In this document: in pieces, positions 1-9,768 of the stretch
How the letters are laid out: the number at the start of each line of letters is the position of its first letter
Numbering within the stretch: position 1 is the first letter of the stretch
Assembly (NCBI GenBank): GCA_965215635.1
Contig: CBDCEA010000004.1
Span: forward strand, 48,492-112,491
Origin: Alphaproteobacteria bacterium
Lineage (GTDB): Bacteria > Pseudomonadota > Alphaproteobacteria > SP197
DNA length: 64,000 bases
Direction of reading: 5' to 3'
Translations under genes and position numbers: made by a program
Notes under the pieces: generated by a model
What the model saw: the letters and a program-made list of their open reading frames with translations, nothing else
Database searches by the model: none
Told to the model about the DNA's origin: nothing

Positions 1-1
1 C

Positions 2-1306
2 ACGCTGAAGGCGGCACGGATTGGACCGTCCTCGCTCAAGGGCACACTCGCGTACGCCACACCAGGCGAGCGTCCCCGGATCGATACCCGCCTCCAGGGG
101 GACATGATCGTCCTCGATGCGATTGCCGCGGTCCTCGCCGGCCGGGATCCCGCTCGCTCCAACGGGGAGCTGGCGCTGGGCTTTCTCGATCATGTTGACG
201 GCCGCATCGACCTTGCGGCCGAACGCCTTCTCATCGCAGACGTGACACTCGATGGTGCCGTCGTCAAGGCAGCGGCCGAGGGTGGCGTTCTGGACCTCGA
301 GATCCTGTCGGGCCGGCTCTTCGGGGGACAAGCCCGGGTCCAGGGCTCGATCAGGACGGGCGTACCGCACCAGGCCGACTTCGGCCTGACGCTCAACAAT
401 GCCGATCTCGAAGAGATTCTGGGTAGCGCGGCAGGCACCGACAGCCTTTCTGGCCGGCTCGACTTCGATGTGAAGGGCCGGGCTGCCGGGCTCACCGGGC
501 GTGACCTGCTTGAGAGCCTCGCGGGCGAGGGGTCCTGGTCCGTGAGACGGGGCACGGTCAGGGGATTCGATTTTCGGGCGATCACCCAGTCGCTTGCCGG
601 TCCTGGCGACGAGGCCGCCATTGCGGCGCAACTCGCCGAGTCGACCGGCAGCGGGACCACGGGTATCGTGGCGATCGACGGAACCTTCGCAATCGACAAG
701 GGGGTCGTCCGGTCGAGCGAACTCTCCGTGATCTTCAATGGCGCCGAAGGCGATTTCCATCTCGATGCCGATCTGCCGCGCTGGTGGGTGAGCCTGGCGG
801 GATCGGTGGTGCTGACCGGCAGGTCCGGCCTACCTGTCATCGCCATGGCCGTCAACGGTCCGATCGGCGAGACGGACCTGGTCGTTGATACCCGGTTGCT
901 GGAGGATCATCTGGTCAAGAGCTCGGTGCCGGAGAGCATCCCCATACCGAACGACAAACCTCCGGCGGAGACCGACGCGGTGCTCCACGAGGATGACGCT
1001 CATCGCGAGCTCGCCGAGGAAGTGGAAGAATCCGGTCCGCCCGTCGTCGAACCGGACGACACCGACGCGCTCATTCCCGACGTCGTCGAGGAAACCGGGA
1101 CGCCCCAGGACCCGGGCGCCAACGTCGGATCATCCCTGCTTTCGGTGCTGGGTGGCGGGATCGATGAGACGCCGGCGGCTTCTCAGCCGGAAGAGGAGGA
1201 GACCGGTCCGTCTTCGGGCGGGCTGCTCGACATGCTCTCGAGGGACGACGATCCGGCAGCGTCCGGCGACGACGCCAGCATCCTTCGCGTGTTTCAGGAT
1301 CCTTGA
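2..1306 (+). CDS. AsmA-family outer-membrane biogenesis protein, C-terminal portion (reading frame open to window edge; 5' end missing)
   Basis: Frame 2 is open from nt 2 with no stop. AsmA-like C-terminal region with an acidic Pro/Glu/Asp-rich tail. The ORF track starts at an internal Met (104). Confidence 0.45.
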   Translation, partial: TLKAARIGPSSLKGTLAYATPGERPRIDTRLQGDMIVLDAIAAVLAGRDPARSNGELALGFLDHVDGRIDLAAERLLIADVTLDGAVVKAAAEGGVLDLEILSGRLFGGQARVQGSIRTGVPHQADFGLTLNNADLEEILGSAAGTDSLSGRLDFDVKGRAAGLTGRDLLESLAGEGSWSVRRGTVRGFDFRAITQSLAGPGDEAAIAAQLAESTGSGTTGIVAIDGTFAIDKGVVRSSELSVIFNGAEGDFHLDADLPRWWVSLAGSVVLTGRSGLPVIAMAVNGPIGETDLVVDTRLLEDHLVKSSVPESIPIPNDKPPAETDAVLHEDDAHRELAEEVEESGPPVVEPDDTDALIPDVVEETGTPQDPGANVGSSLLSVLGGGIDETPAASQPEEEETGPSSGGLLDMLSRDDDPAASGDDASILRVFQDP

Positions 1307-1384
1307 GACTCCGGTACTTCATATTCTCTCCAACGGGACATTTTTTTCTTGACCACGATTTTCTTTGTCCCCATGGTGGCGCCA

Positions 1385-1403
1385 TTGATAATCATTCGCA
1401 ATC
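1385..1403 (+). promoter_or_regulatory. Fur-box-like motif (TTGATAATCATTCGCAATC) 15 nt upstream of the fbpA start
   Basis: Matches the GATAATGATAATCATTATC Fur consensus at about 13 of 19 positions. A near-identical motif sits upstream of fumC (5583-5601). Confidence 0.35.
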
Positions 1404-1417
1404 TCGAGGAGACGACG

Positions 1418-2443
1418 ATGGCCCCACGGTTTCTGTCAACCGCGCTCGTTGGTGCAGCGTTGCTGGCCTGGTCGCTACCGGCTTGGGCCCAAGGGGAGGT
1501 CAATCTCTACACGGCGCGTCACTACGATACCGACACCCAACTCTACGAAGCCTTCCGCGAAGCCACCGGGATCATCGTCAACGTGATCGAGGACAAGGCC
1601 GGTGCGCTGATGGAACGCATGAAGATCGAAGGCCAGAACAGCCCGGCCGATATCTTCATGACCGCCGATGCCGGCAACCTGATGTCAGCGGCTGGTGACG
1701 GCCTTCTTCAGGGAATCGTGTCGCAGGAGCTCGAATCGCGGGTTCCCGCCAATCTGCGCCATCCGGATGGCCTGTGGTTCGCCTTCACGAAGCGGGCCAG
1801 GGTCATCATGGTGCGCGAGGGCGTCGATACGACGGGTCTCGAACGCTACGAGGATCTCGCCGATCCTCGCTTCGCGGACATGATCTGCATCCGTTCATCC
1901 GGCAACATCTACAACCAGTCGCTCGTGGGATCCCTCATCGCCGCCAATGGCGAGGAGGCAACCGCGCAATGGGTTCGGGGACTGGTGGCCAACATGGCAC
2001 GCGAGCCTGAGTCGAACGACACGGGCCAGATCATGGCGGTGGCTGCCGGCGAATGCGAAATCGGCGTTGCCAACACCTACTATCTGGCACGTCTGATGCG
2101 TTCCGACGACCCGGCAAAGCGCGAGGTCGCGAGCGCCATCCGGGTCATTCTGCCGAACCAGGACGATCGCGGTGTTCACGTCAACATCTCCGGTGCCGGT
2201 GTGGCGGCACATGCGCCGAACCGCGACAATGCCGTTGCCTTCCTCGAGTTCCTGGCGAGTGGCGAGGCACAGCAGGCCTTCGCGGAAGGCAACAATGAGT
2301 GGCCGGTGGTCGCGGGCATCACGCACGCGAACGTGCTCGATGAACTCTATGGAGATTTCGTGGCCGACGGTGTCGATGCGGCGGTATTCGGGGCCAATCG
2401 GTCCCCGGCGCTTTCAATCATGGAAGAGAACGGCTGGAAATAG
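1418..2443 (+). CDS. fbpA: Fe(3+) ABC transporter periplasmic substrate-binding protein (FbpA/AfuA family)
   Basis: Signal peptide MAPRFLSTALVGAALLAWSLPAWAQG. Family-typical motifs EVNLYTARHY, ADIFMTADAGNL and NTYYLARL. ATG at 1418 sits in the low-GC leader after the Fur-like box. Confidence 0.85.
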   Translation: MAPRFLSTALVGAALLAWSLPAWAQGEVNLYTARHYDTDTQLYEAFREATGIIVNVIEDKAGALMERMKIEGQNSPADIFMTADAGNLMSAAGDGLLQGIVSQELESRVPANLRHPDGLWFAFTKRARVIMVREGVDTTGLERYEDLADPRFADMICIRSSGNIYNQSLVGSLIAANGEEATAQWVRGLVANMAREPESNDTGQIMAVAAGECEIGVANTYYLARLMRSDDPAKREVASAIRVILPNQDDRGVHVNISGAGVAAHAPNRDNAVAFLEFLASGEAQQAFAEGNNEWPVVAGITHANVLDELYGDFVADGVDAAVFGANRSPALSIMEENGWK

Positions 2444-2452
2444 GCGTTCTCG

Positions 2453-4132
2453 TTACTGGCGGGGTCGCGCGGAACCGGGCCTCGACCGCGTGATCCCGCT
2501 TGAAAGCAGGATCACCGGCAGGATTCCCGCCACCACGATGGCGAGTGCCGCCGTCGAGGCCTCGGCAAGCCGTTCGTCGGCTGCGAGCCTCCATGTCCGG
2601 GTGGCGAGGGTCTCGAAATTGAACGGTCGGACCAGGAGTGTGGCCGGAAGCTCCTTCAGGACATCGACGAAGACCAGCAGGCCGGCTGTCATCAGGCTTC
2701 CGCGCAGCAGCGGACCGTGGATTTGGGCCAGTGTCGACCAGGGTCCGCGGCCGAGCGTCCTCGATGCACCGTCCATCATGGGTGTCACCCTGGAAAGTCC
2801 CGCGTCGGTACTGTTGTAAGCCACCGCCAGGAACCTCACCGTGTAGGCGAAGAGCAGTGCCGCTATCGATCCGGTCAGAAGAAGGCCGGTCGAAACGCCG
2901 AAGCTCGCCTTCATGAATGCGTCGAGGCGGTTGTCGAACCAGGCAAGGGGAACGAGGACACCGACCGCGATCACCGAACCCGGAATGGCATAGCCCATGG
3001 AGGCGACACGGGCGGCGACCGTCGGCAGCGGCCCCGATGCCATGCGCGCGCCGTACCCCAGGACCACGGCGGCCGTTACCGCCAGGACGGCAGCAAGGGC
3101 CGCGACCATGATCGAGTTGCCTGCGTACGTCAGGAACGACGAGCCTGAAAGCGTATCGCCTCCCTCGATCGAGAGATGAAGGAGAATGGATGCCGGAACA
3201 GCGAAACCAAGCAGGACCGGCAGGGCCGTGGCGATGAAGGCACCCCAGGCCTTCATGCCCCCGAGCTGGAGACGTGGCAGGGGCTGGAAGCGGCCGGTGT
3301 TCGCCGCATAGCGGGCCTTGCCCCGCGAAACCCTCTCCAGCATGAGCACGACGAGGACGAAGAAAAGCAGGATGTTGGCTAGCTGCGCGGCAGTCTCCGG
3401 CGAGCCTCTGATGAACCATGTCCGATAGATTCCCGTCGTGAATGTCTGGACCCCGAAGAACTCGACGGTTCCGAAGTCGGCCAGGGTTTCCATCAGGGCG
3501 AGTGCTAGTCCCGCCACAATGCCCGGCCGCGCCATGGGAAGGGCGACGCGCAGGAATGTCGACCACGGACCGAACCCCAGGGTCCGGGCGACGCCCATTG
3601 CCTGGACCGATTGGGAAAGGAACGAGGTGCGCGCCAGGAGATAGACATAAGGGTAGAGCACCAGCGAGAGCATGGCGACGGCCCCGGCGGTGGAGCGTAT
3701 CTGTGGGAACCAGTAGTCGTGGCGTTCCCAGCTTCCCAACTCCCTGAGCCAGGTCTGTACCGGCCCGGCGTATTCGAGGAGGTCCGTATAGGCGTAGGCA
3801 AGCACATAGGCCGGAGCGGCGAAGGGGAGCAACAGGGCCCATTCCATGAGACGGCGCCCGGGAAACTCGCACATCGTGACAAGCCAGGCGGTCCCCGCAC
3901 CGATCGTGCCCGCAACAATGGCGACTCCGGCAAGCAGCACGGCGGTGTTGACGACATAGACCGAGAGTATCCGTCCGGCGATCCCGGCCCAGACCTCGCC
4001 GCTGCCGGTGAAGAGGTTCGAGACAACGGCGAAGACGGGGAGCGACACGAGACCCGCGACCGCCAGTGCTGCCGCCAGGAGCAGCGGCCCTCCCCTGATG
4101 GAGAGACGGTGTCTTGCTGCCGGCAGGGTCAC
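2453..4132 (-). CDS. fbpB: Fe(3+) ABC transporter permease, duplicated-domain FbpB type
   Basis: 559-aa polytopic membrane protein with two permease repeats. GTG start overlaps the fumC stop (GTGA). Convergent with fbpA. Confidence 0.85.
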   Translation of the reverse strand: MTLPAARHRLSIRGGPLLLAAALAVAGLVSLPVFAVVSNLFTGSGEVWAGIAGRILSVYVVNTAVLLAGVAIVAGTIGAGTAWLVTMCEFPGRRLMEWALLLPFAAPAYVLAYAYTDLLEYAGPVQTWLRELGSWERHDYWFPQIRSTAGAVAMLSLVLYPYVYLLARTSFLSQSVQAMGVARTLGFGPWSTFLRVALPMARPGIVAGLALALMETLADFGTVEFFGVQTFTTGIYRTWFIRGSPETAAQLANILLFFVLVVLMLERVSRGKARYAANTGRFQPLPRLQLGGMKAWGAFIATALPVLLGFAVPASILLHLSIEGGDTLSGSSFLTYAGNSIMVAALAAVLAVTAAVVLGYGARMASGPLPTVAARVASMGYAIPGSVIAVGVLVPLAWFDNRLDAFMKASFGVSTGLLLTGSIAALLFAYTVRFLAVAYNSTDAGLSRVTPMMDGASRTLGRGPWSTLAQIHGPLLRGSLMTAGLLVFVDVLKELPATLLVRPFNFETLATRTWRLAADERLAEASTAALAIVVAGILPVILLSSGITRSRPGSARPRQ

Positions 4133-5532
4133 GCTTTTGACGGTCGGACCATGTCGGCGGGCCTCACCCAGGAATCGAAGTCCTCGGCGCTGACGAGGCC
4201 GAGCGAGACCGCGGCGTCCTTCAGGGTCGTAGCTTCGGCATGCGCCTTCTTCGCGATCTTCGCGGCATTGTCGTAGCCGATGTGGGGATTGAGGGCCGTC
4301 ACCAGCATCAGCGAGCGCTGCATCATCTCCTCGATGCGATTCCTGTCAGCCTCAATGCCGGCGACACAGCGGTCCGTGAAACTCGCCGAGGCATCACCGA
4401 GAAGACGGGCGGAGCGCAGCACGTTGAAGACCATCACGGGCTTGAAGACATTGAGCTCGAAGTGTCCCTGTGCACCCGCGATCGTGACGGCTGTGTGGTT
4501 GCCCATGATCTCGGCGCAGACCATGGTGAGCGCCTCGCACTGGGTGGGGTTGACCTTGCCCGGCATGATCGAGCTTCCCGGTTCGTTGGCCGGCAGCAAG
4601 AGTTCACCGATGCCGCTGCGCGGGCCCGACGCCAACAGCCGGATGTCGTTCGCGATCTTGTTGAGGCTCACCGCGATGACATTGAGCGCTCCGGAGACCT
4701 CGACCATGGCATCGTGGGCTGCGAGGGCTTCGAACTTGTTGTCCGCCGTGACGAAGGGAAGGCCGGTCATTGCAGCAACGCTCCTGGCGAACGCGGTGTC
4801 GAATCCGGCCGGGCTGTTGAGTCCGGTGCCGACGGCGGTGCCGCCCATGGCGAGACGCAGGAGTCGGGGCATCGTTCCCCTGACGCGTTCGATTCCGAGT
4901 TCCACCTGCTTGGCGTAGCCCGAGAATTCCTGACCCAGTGTCAGCGGTGTCGCGTCCTGGAGATGGGTCCGGCCGATCTTGACGATGTCCCCGAACCCCC
5001 TTGCCTTGGCGTCGAGGGCCCCGTGAAGACGTTCGAGAGACACCAAGAGTCGCCTGTCGATCTCGATGGAGACGGCGATGTGCATGGCCGTCGGGAAGCC
5101 GTCGTTGGACGACTGGCTCATGTTGACGTGATCGTTGGGGTGGACCGGTGACTTCGAACCGAGCTCACCCCCGAGGAGCTCGATCGCGCGGTTGGCGATG
5201 ACCTCGTTGACATTCATGTTCGTCTGGGTGCCCGATCCGGTCTGCCAGACAACAAGCGGAAAGTGATCGCTCAGCCTGCCATCGATCACCTCGTCAGCAG
5301 CCTGCCGGATTGCTCCTGCCAGCTGCGGGTCCAGCCGTCGCGCCGACTCATTGACCTCGGCTGCCGTCTTCTTGACGTAACCGAAGGCCCGGATCAGCTG
5401 ATCGGGCATCCGTTCGGATTGACCGCCGATCGGGAAATTCTCGAGCGACCTCTGGGTCTGGGCTCCCCAGTACCGCTGGGAAGGAACGTTGATGTCCCCG
5501 ATGGAATCGGATTCGATACGGTAATCGGACAT
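4129..5532 (-). CDS. fumC: fumarate hydratase class II
   Basis: N-terminus [29 protein letters not shown] and the [16 protein letters not shown] signature loop. 467 aa. Confidence 0.9.
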   Translation of the reverse strand: MSDYRIESDSIGDINVPSQRYWGAQTQRSLENFPIGGQSERMPDQLIRAFGYVKKTAAEVNESARRLDPQLAGAIRQAADEVIDGRLSDHFPLVVWQTGSGTQTNMNVNEVIANRAIELLGGELGSKSPVHPNDHVNMSQSSNDGFPTAMHIAVSIEIDRRLLVSLERLHGALDAKARGFGDIVKIGRTHLQDATPLTLGQEFSGYAKQVELGIERVRGTMPRLLRLAMGGTAVGTGLNSPAGFDTAFARSVAAMTGLPFVTADNKFEALAAHDAMVEVSGALNVIAVSLNKIANDIRLLASGPRSGIGELLLPANEPGSSIMPGKVNPTQCEALTMVCAEIMGNHTAVTIAGAQGHFELNVFKPVMVFNVLRSARLLGDASASFTDRCVAGIEADRNRIEEMMQRSLMLVTALNPHIGYDNAAKIAKKAHAEATTLKDAAVSLGLVSAEDFDSWVRPADMVRPSKA

Positions 5533-5582
5533 GGGCGGATCCCGGTCTGCACGGCTGCCTCAATAGCACATCTCGCCGTGCC

Positions 5583-5601
5583 TGCGAACGATTCTCAATT
5601 G
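5583..5601 (-). promoter_or_regulatory. Fur-box-like motif (minus strand CAATTGAGAATCGTTCGCA) upstream of fumC-fbpB
   Basis: Shares the core ATTGAKAATCRTTCGCA with the motif upstream of fbpA. Lies about 50-70 nt upstream of the fumC start. Confidence 0.3.
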
Positions 5602-5614
5602 TCCCGGATTCGCC

Positions 5615-6070
5615 CTATTTCCTGCGGAAGGTATCGAGGGAGACAACGGTTCCGGCAGCGCTCTGCTCACCGGCGGTCGTGTCCTCGGTGGGCGCGTCTT
5701 CCCCGTCACTCCCATCCGGGGTCACCCTGAAGTTCAGTCCGAATTTGACGCTCGGATCGGCAAACGACGTGATCGCGGTCCAGGGAACACCGAGCTCGTG
5801 GGGCATGCGGTCGAACGAGAGGCCGATGGAGAAGCCCTCGTCGCCGACCTCGAGGTTCCAGAACTGATTCTGGATCACGATCGTGATTTCCTCGGGATAC
5901 CGGGCCTTCAGGGCCTTCGCAATTCTCACGCCGGGATGGTCCGTGCGGAAGGTGATATAGAAGTGATGGTCGCCGGGCAGGCCATCGCCCGCCGCGATCT
6001 CGAGGGCATGGGTGACGACGCTGCGCAACGCGTGATCGACCAGCAGTCCATAGTGGATCGATTCGCTCAT
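5615..6070 (-). CDS. sspB: ClpXP protease specificity-enhancing factor SspB (alphaproteobacterial type)
   Basis: Collinear with Caulobacter SspB-alpha: GEHHFYITF, IVLQHQFW-like IVIQNQFWNLEVGDEGFSIGLSF, and an acidic unstructured tail. Confidence 0.75.
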   Translation of the reverse strand: MSESIHYGLLVDHALRSVVTHALEIAAGDGLPGDHHFYITFRTDHPGVRIAKALKARYPEEITIVIQNQFWNLEVGDEGFSIGLSFDRMPHELGVPWTAITSFADPSVKFGLNFRVTPDGSDGEDAPTEDTTAGEQSAAGTVVSLDTFRRK

Positions 6071-6093
6071 CGGACGCCCGGGACGGTGAAGCA

Positions 6094-6131
6094 GGAAAAA
6101 GCGGAGGGCTTCTGTTGCCCGGTGCCCTCCG
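6094..6131 (-). terminator. Intrinsic-terminator-like hairpin (GGAGGGC/GCCCTCC stem then a T5 run on the minus strand)
   Basis: Read on the minus strand: GGAGGGCACCGGGCAACAGAAGCCCTCCGCTTTTTCC. Downstream of lipoprotein copy 1, about 25 nt upstream of the sspB ATG. Confidence 0.45.
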
Positions 6132-6391
6132 AACCGCGCTTTCCGCTTATGCAGCGATAGCGTACGCCTCGTTGTCGTTGGCGATTGTATGTTTGACCCG
6201 ATAACGGCGGAATCATACCGGACGAAAACCGAACCTTTACCACGCGCGTCGATCCTGGTTCGCCCCCATAAGGTTTATGGTGGAGGCGGCGGGTACTGCC
6301 CCCGCGTCCGCAACGTCTATTCCGAGCGGCGTTTATCGCCATAGCCCAGCAAGCCGGGCAACCGTTCATATAGTGCATCCGCACACCACTT

Positions 6392-7090
6392 TCAACCGTT
6401 GACGTCATCTGGTCCCGTGACCAGGCCGACTCTGCCCACCGCCACAATGAACGCTTGAGCGGCCCCCCGAAACTGGACGCCAGGTCCTTCGACGGCACCG
6501 ATTCGTGCCGCCTCGCGTTGCCTCTCGAACTCACGCAGTTCGGCGTCGCGCGCTTCGTCGATAGCGCGCGCCAGCGACTCGCAATCCTGCCAGTTCTCAT
6601 CACAAGACTGCCCCAACTCCATCGCCGCCTCTGCAGCCTCCCGCTCGATCCGTGTCCTCTGACGGTCGAAGAACGCATCGCGTTCGTTGGCATTGGAGAA
6701 CTCCTTTGGCACGAGAACAATCGTGACGCTCTCTGGATATTCGTTCATCACGCCCGAACTTGCATCGATCACCACGCCGATAACGCCCCCCAAAATAATG
6801 TTGCCAAACGTCATTGCCTGGAAGTCTGAAGAAAGGGAAGCGGCCCCATTGAAATACCTGTCCTTCTCACAAACAATGCTGATGTTATCCTTGCTTTTTT
6901 CTATCGATACCGTTCCCGGTGTGGGGTTCGCTACAGCGACCACCGAACCGTCCCGGGACAAGGTGCAGACAGCGTTCGGTGGTTCGGTAAGTACCGTCAC
7001 GGTCTGGTCGGTGCCCTCGATGATCGTCGCGCAGGCTCCCAGTACAAGCAACAAGGGGAGTATGCCCGTTACGGCCCACCGATGTTGCAT
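6392..7090 (-). CDS. Hypothetical lipoprotein (copy 1); carries a 31-aa C-terminal extension relative to copy 2
   Basis: Signal peptide with lipobox LVLGAC. Paralogous to the 17703-18308 protein. The stop position of copy 2 reads GGA here. Confidence 0.55.
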   Translation of the reverse strand: MQHRWAVTGILPLLLVLGACATIIEGTDQTVTVLTEPPNAVCTLSRDGSVVAVANPTPGTVSIEKSKDNISIVCEKDRYFNGAASLSSDFQAMTFGNIILGGVIGVVIDASSGVMNEYPESVTIVLVPKEFSNANERDAFFDRQRTRIEREAAEAAMELGQSCDENWQDCESLARAIDEARDAELREFERQREAARIGAVEGPGVQFRGAAQAFIVAVGRVGLVTGPDDVNG

Positions 7091-7116
7091 TGTCCCCCCC
7101 AGGTGCCGATATCAGC

Positions 7117-7164
7117 TCGCGAGACGATTCGTGTATCACGTCGCGAGACGATTCGTGTATCACG
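7117..7164. repeat. Perfect 24-bp tandem duplication (TCGCGAGACGATTCGTGTATCACG x2) just upstream of the lipoprotein copy 1 start
   Basis: Two exact adjacent copies. Copy 2 of the module has a single copy of the unit. Confidence 0.85.
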
Positions 7165-7767
7165 TGCGAGGATTTCCCATATGGCGACCTTCAGCCAGGT
7201 CGAGCGTGGCCCGGGATCGTTCAACGGGCGAGCCCGATGGGTTCTGCCACCATGCTCATGCCCGACACCGCAAAATCAGAGAGTCAACGGGACATGGTGG
7301 CATGCGGTATTGCCGGTCGTCTTCTCGCATGAGGGGCGATCCTGTCGTCATGTTGGGAGGTGCGTCGTTCTGAGGCGATCGATCCAAACACCCGACAGGT
7401 CGCTCAAACTCCAAGTTGTGTCATTCCCATGCGTCGAAGGACGCGGCGCGCGAACCGAGCCGTGTCCTGGTCCCGGCGCATTGCTGGTGGAGAGCGATAT
7501 CCTCCTGCGTGCACTGTCCGGTACCGCATGGTCACCCCTGCCTTCAGGCAGGGTTCCAGGATCCTCTGGATGAATCCTCACGCGCGTTATGTTCATGTTG
7601 ACGGACCTCCGTCGATGTCCGCCTTGCGAGCCCGGACGATACCGGAAACGCTCGGGCCGCCAAGGCCTTGACCACTGGAAACAACTCTCACCGAACAGCG
7701 CCGGAAGAGAGCTGACGCGAGCTGCGCAATTCAGCGTGCCGGAGGCGATAGCAGTATTCATCCGAGG

Positions 7768-8427
7768 TCATGGTGTACGGTTCATTATACGAAGGTGCCA
7801 GTCGCCCCAGTCCGCCCCCCCTTCGAACGCTGGATTTCGGCCTGTGCAGGCCGCTTCACCGTTCGGTTCCAGTTCGCAATCGGCGATGCCGCGATAAACG
7901 TAGGACCCGTCGGTGCAATACATATCTTCCCTGTCGTTGATCTGAAGCATTCCGCTCTCGAGATAGGTTGCCCACACTTCTCCTTCGCACTCCACGCCGT
8001 CAGTCATCACCAAGTGCTTTTCACCGTTGCCGTTCTCGTCGAAACACATTTCCAGTGATGCGACCTCAGTCACCTCATGTGTTTCGACGTCTTCCACGCT
8101 GAAGTCCGAAGCAAGAGACCAGCAGCCCTCGAGCGACGAAAGATCCTTCTGCGCCCACTTCTCCGCATCCAGCATGTCCGGGTCCGGTTCAGGTGGCGGT
8201 TGCAGTTCGGCGCGCAGTTCCGGAGGTGGTTGCAGTGGAAGATGGGGCGGGCAGGCGGGAAGTCCGACGAGGTGCCTCTCGAGTCCGCGCAGCCTGTCCT
8301 CGAGAACTGCGAGCCGTTCCAGTTCCTTCTCCAGTTCCGCCGCCATGGCGACATTCACTCTCATTGCAGCACTTTCAAAGGCGGCATTCAGCCTCAGGTC
8401 CTCAGGCTGGCGCGGCGTCGCCTGCAT
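7768..8427 (-). CDS. Hypothetical protein with coiled-coil, Pro-rich linker and Cys-rich C-terminal domain
   Basis: Lower-GC patch. The ORF reads protein-like from MQATPRQPEDLRLNAAFESAAMRVN onward. No recognisable family. The start is uncertain (8427, 8364 or 8349). Confidence 0.35.
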   Translation of the reverse strand: MQATPRQPEDLRLNAAFESAAMRVNVAMAAELEKELERLAVLEDRLRGLERHLVGLPACPPHLPLQPPPELRAELQPPPEPDPDMLDAEKWAQKDLSSLEGCWSLASDFSVEDVETHEVTEVASLEMCFDENGNGEKHLVMTDGVECEGEVWATYLESGMLQINDREDMYCTDGSYVYRGIADCELEPNGEAACTGRNPAFEGGADWGDWHLRIMNRTP

Positions 8428-8439
8428 CACCTGGCACAA

Positions 8440-9316
8440 GAACTTCAATGGCGAGGACTGGCCCCGCGATGCCTTCGGCACATGCGTGGTGCCGATCCAC
8501 GGCCCCGCAGAGACTGGATCGGCGACCGTCCGGCTGGCCGAGAAGCGTATCAGGCTGAGGACAGGGCTCGAGGTGCGCCAGATCCGACGCCTTCTCGACA
8601 ACGGGCGCCAGGTGCCATTGATCACCACTCACCCCGCGATGCCGATGGAAGAGGTCGCCGGCTCCATGTTCTCGCGCTGGTCCCAGGAGAACTTCTTCAA
8701 GTACATGCGCGACGCGTTCAACCTCGACGCGCTGCCGGACCACGCGCTCGAGCCGATCGATCCTGACGCCCGGGTCGTCAACCCCGCCCGCAGGACTGTC
8801 GAGAAGACCATCGCCACAGTCCGGTCGCGTCTCAAGAGCCTCCATCTGCGCATCGTCAGGGCGACGAAGAAGGGCAGGCCCATCGACGATCTCGTGGCCG
8901 GGGTCGGCGCCCTCGATGAAGAACTCGAGGCGTTCAAGGAGCAACGCAAGGACCTGCCGCGCCATGTTCGCGCCGGCGACCTCCCGGAGAACCAACGGCT
9001 CGACGCCCTGCCGGTCGCAAGGCGCCTCCTCCTCGATGTCATCCGCATGATGCCACCCGTGATCGAGGCACAGGGCAAGAAATCCAATGCCCGCAAATTG
9101 CTCGCAGCGCTGATGACGGCCGACGCCAACATCCTGCCGGATCCCGGAAACGGCATCCTCCGGGTCCAGATCCTGGGTCTTGCCAGGAACGCAGTCGACC
9201 AGGCGCTCCTGCCGTTGATCGATGAACTCAACCAGACAGAAACCGTCTGTCCGGGTACCAGCCTCCGCCTCGTCTACGAAATGGCAGGCACTTCACCCCA
9301 CAATGAGGTCACCTGA
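8440..9316 (+). pseudogene. C-terminal remnant of a DDE transposase (IS4/IS701-like signature)
   Basis: SRWSQENFFKYMRD fits the YREK-region motif R-x3-E-x6-K followed by a long tail. The N-terminal catalytic region is absent. The upstream part of the ORF is GC-rich nonsense overlapping the opposite-strand gene. Confidence 0.35.
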
Positions 9317-9768
9317 ATTGGACGAGGTCAGGAAGTCTGAGCCTGTCGAATAAGCTCATCGCCAAGTCATGACGCGAGCAGGGCAGGATTGGTTCCTGTC
9401 TTTCGGCGAGGCTGTCAACCGGAAACTGTTATGCCTTCCGGTCTCTTCCGTTGAGGATTTGCAAACGCCTTTGCCCCGAAATGGGTGAAATCCTGCAAAT
9501 TGGGTCGATGACATGAAACGGTAAGGCCAAGACTGGTCGCGGTCGCCGTTTGCGCGGTGACATCGAGCGTCCCGGCGTGGGCCATCTGGTGGTGGCTCGC
9601 GCATAACGGGTGAGCGCGGCGGACGGCGGTGCGCTGCGCAGCAGGGAAGGTGCTGCGAAACGCAGGCCGGGTGGACGGTGCAAGGGAAACCGGCAGGTCT
9701 GAGGGCAGGGTTGACAACAGACTTGTTGCCAACGATATTGATGCCAACAAAACCGTTGGAATAAAGAC

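Larger units (their letters stand above)
6362..7410. repeat. Copy 1 of a ~1 kb duplicated module (lipoprotein gene plus its upstream region); ~85% identical to 17603-18590
   Basis: Direct nucleotide alignment of the two regions in this window. Confidence 0.8.
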
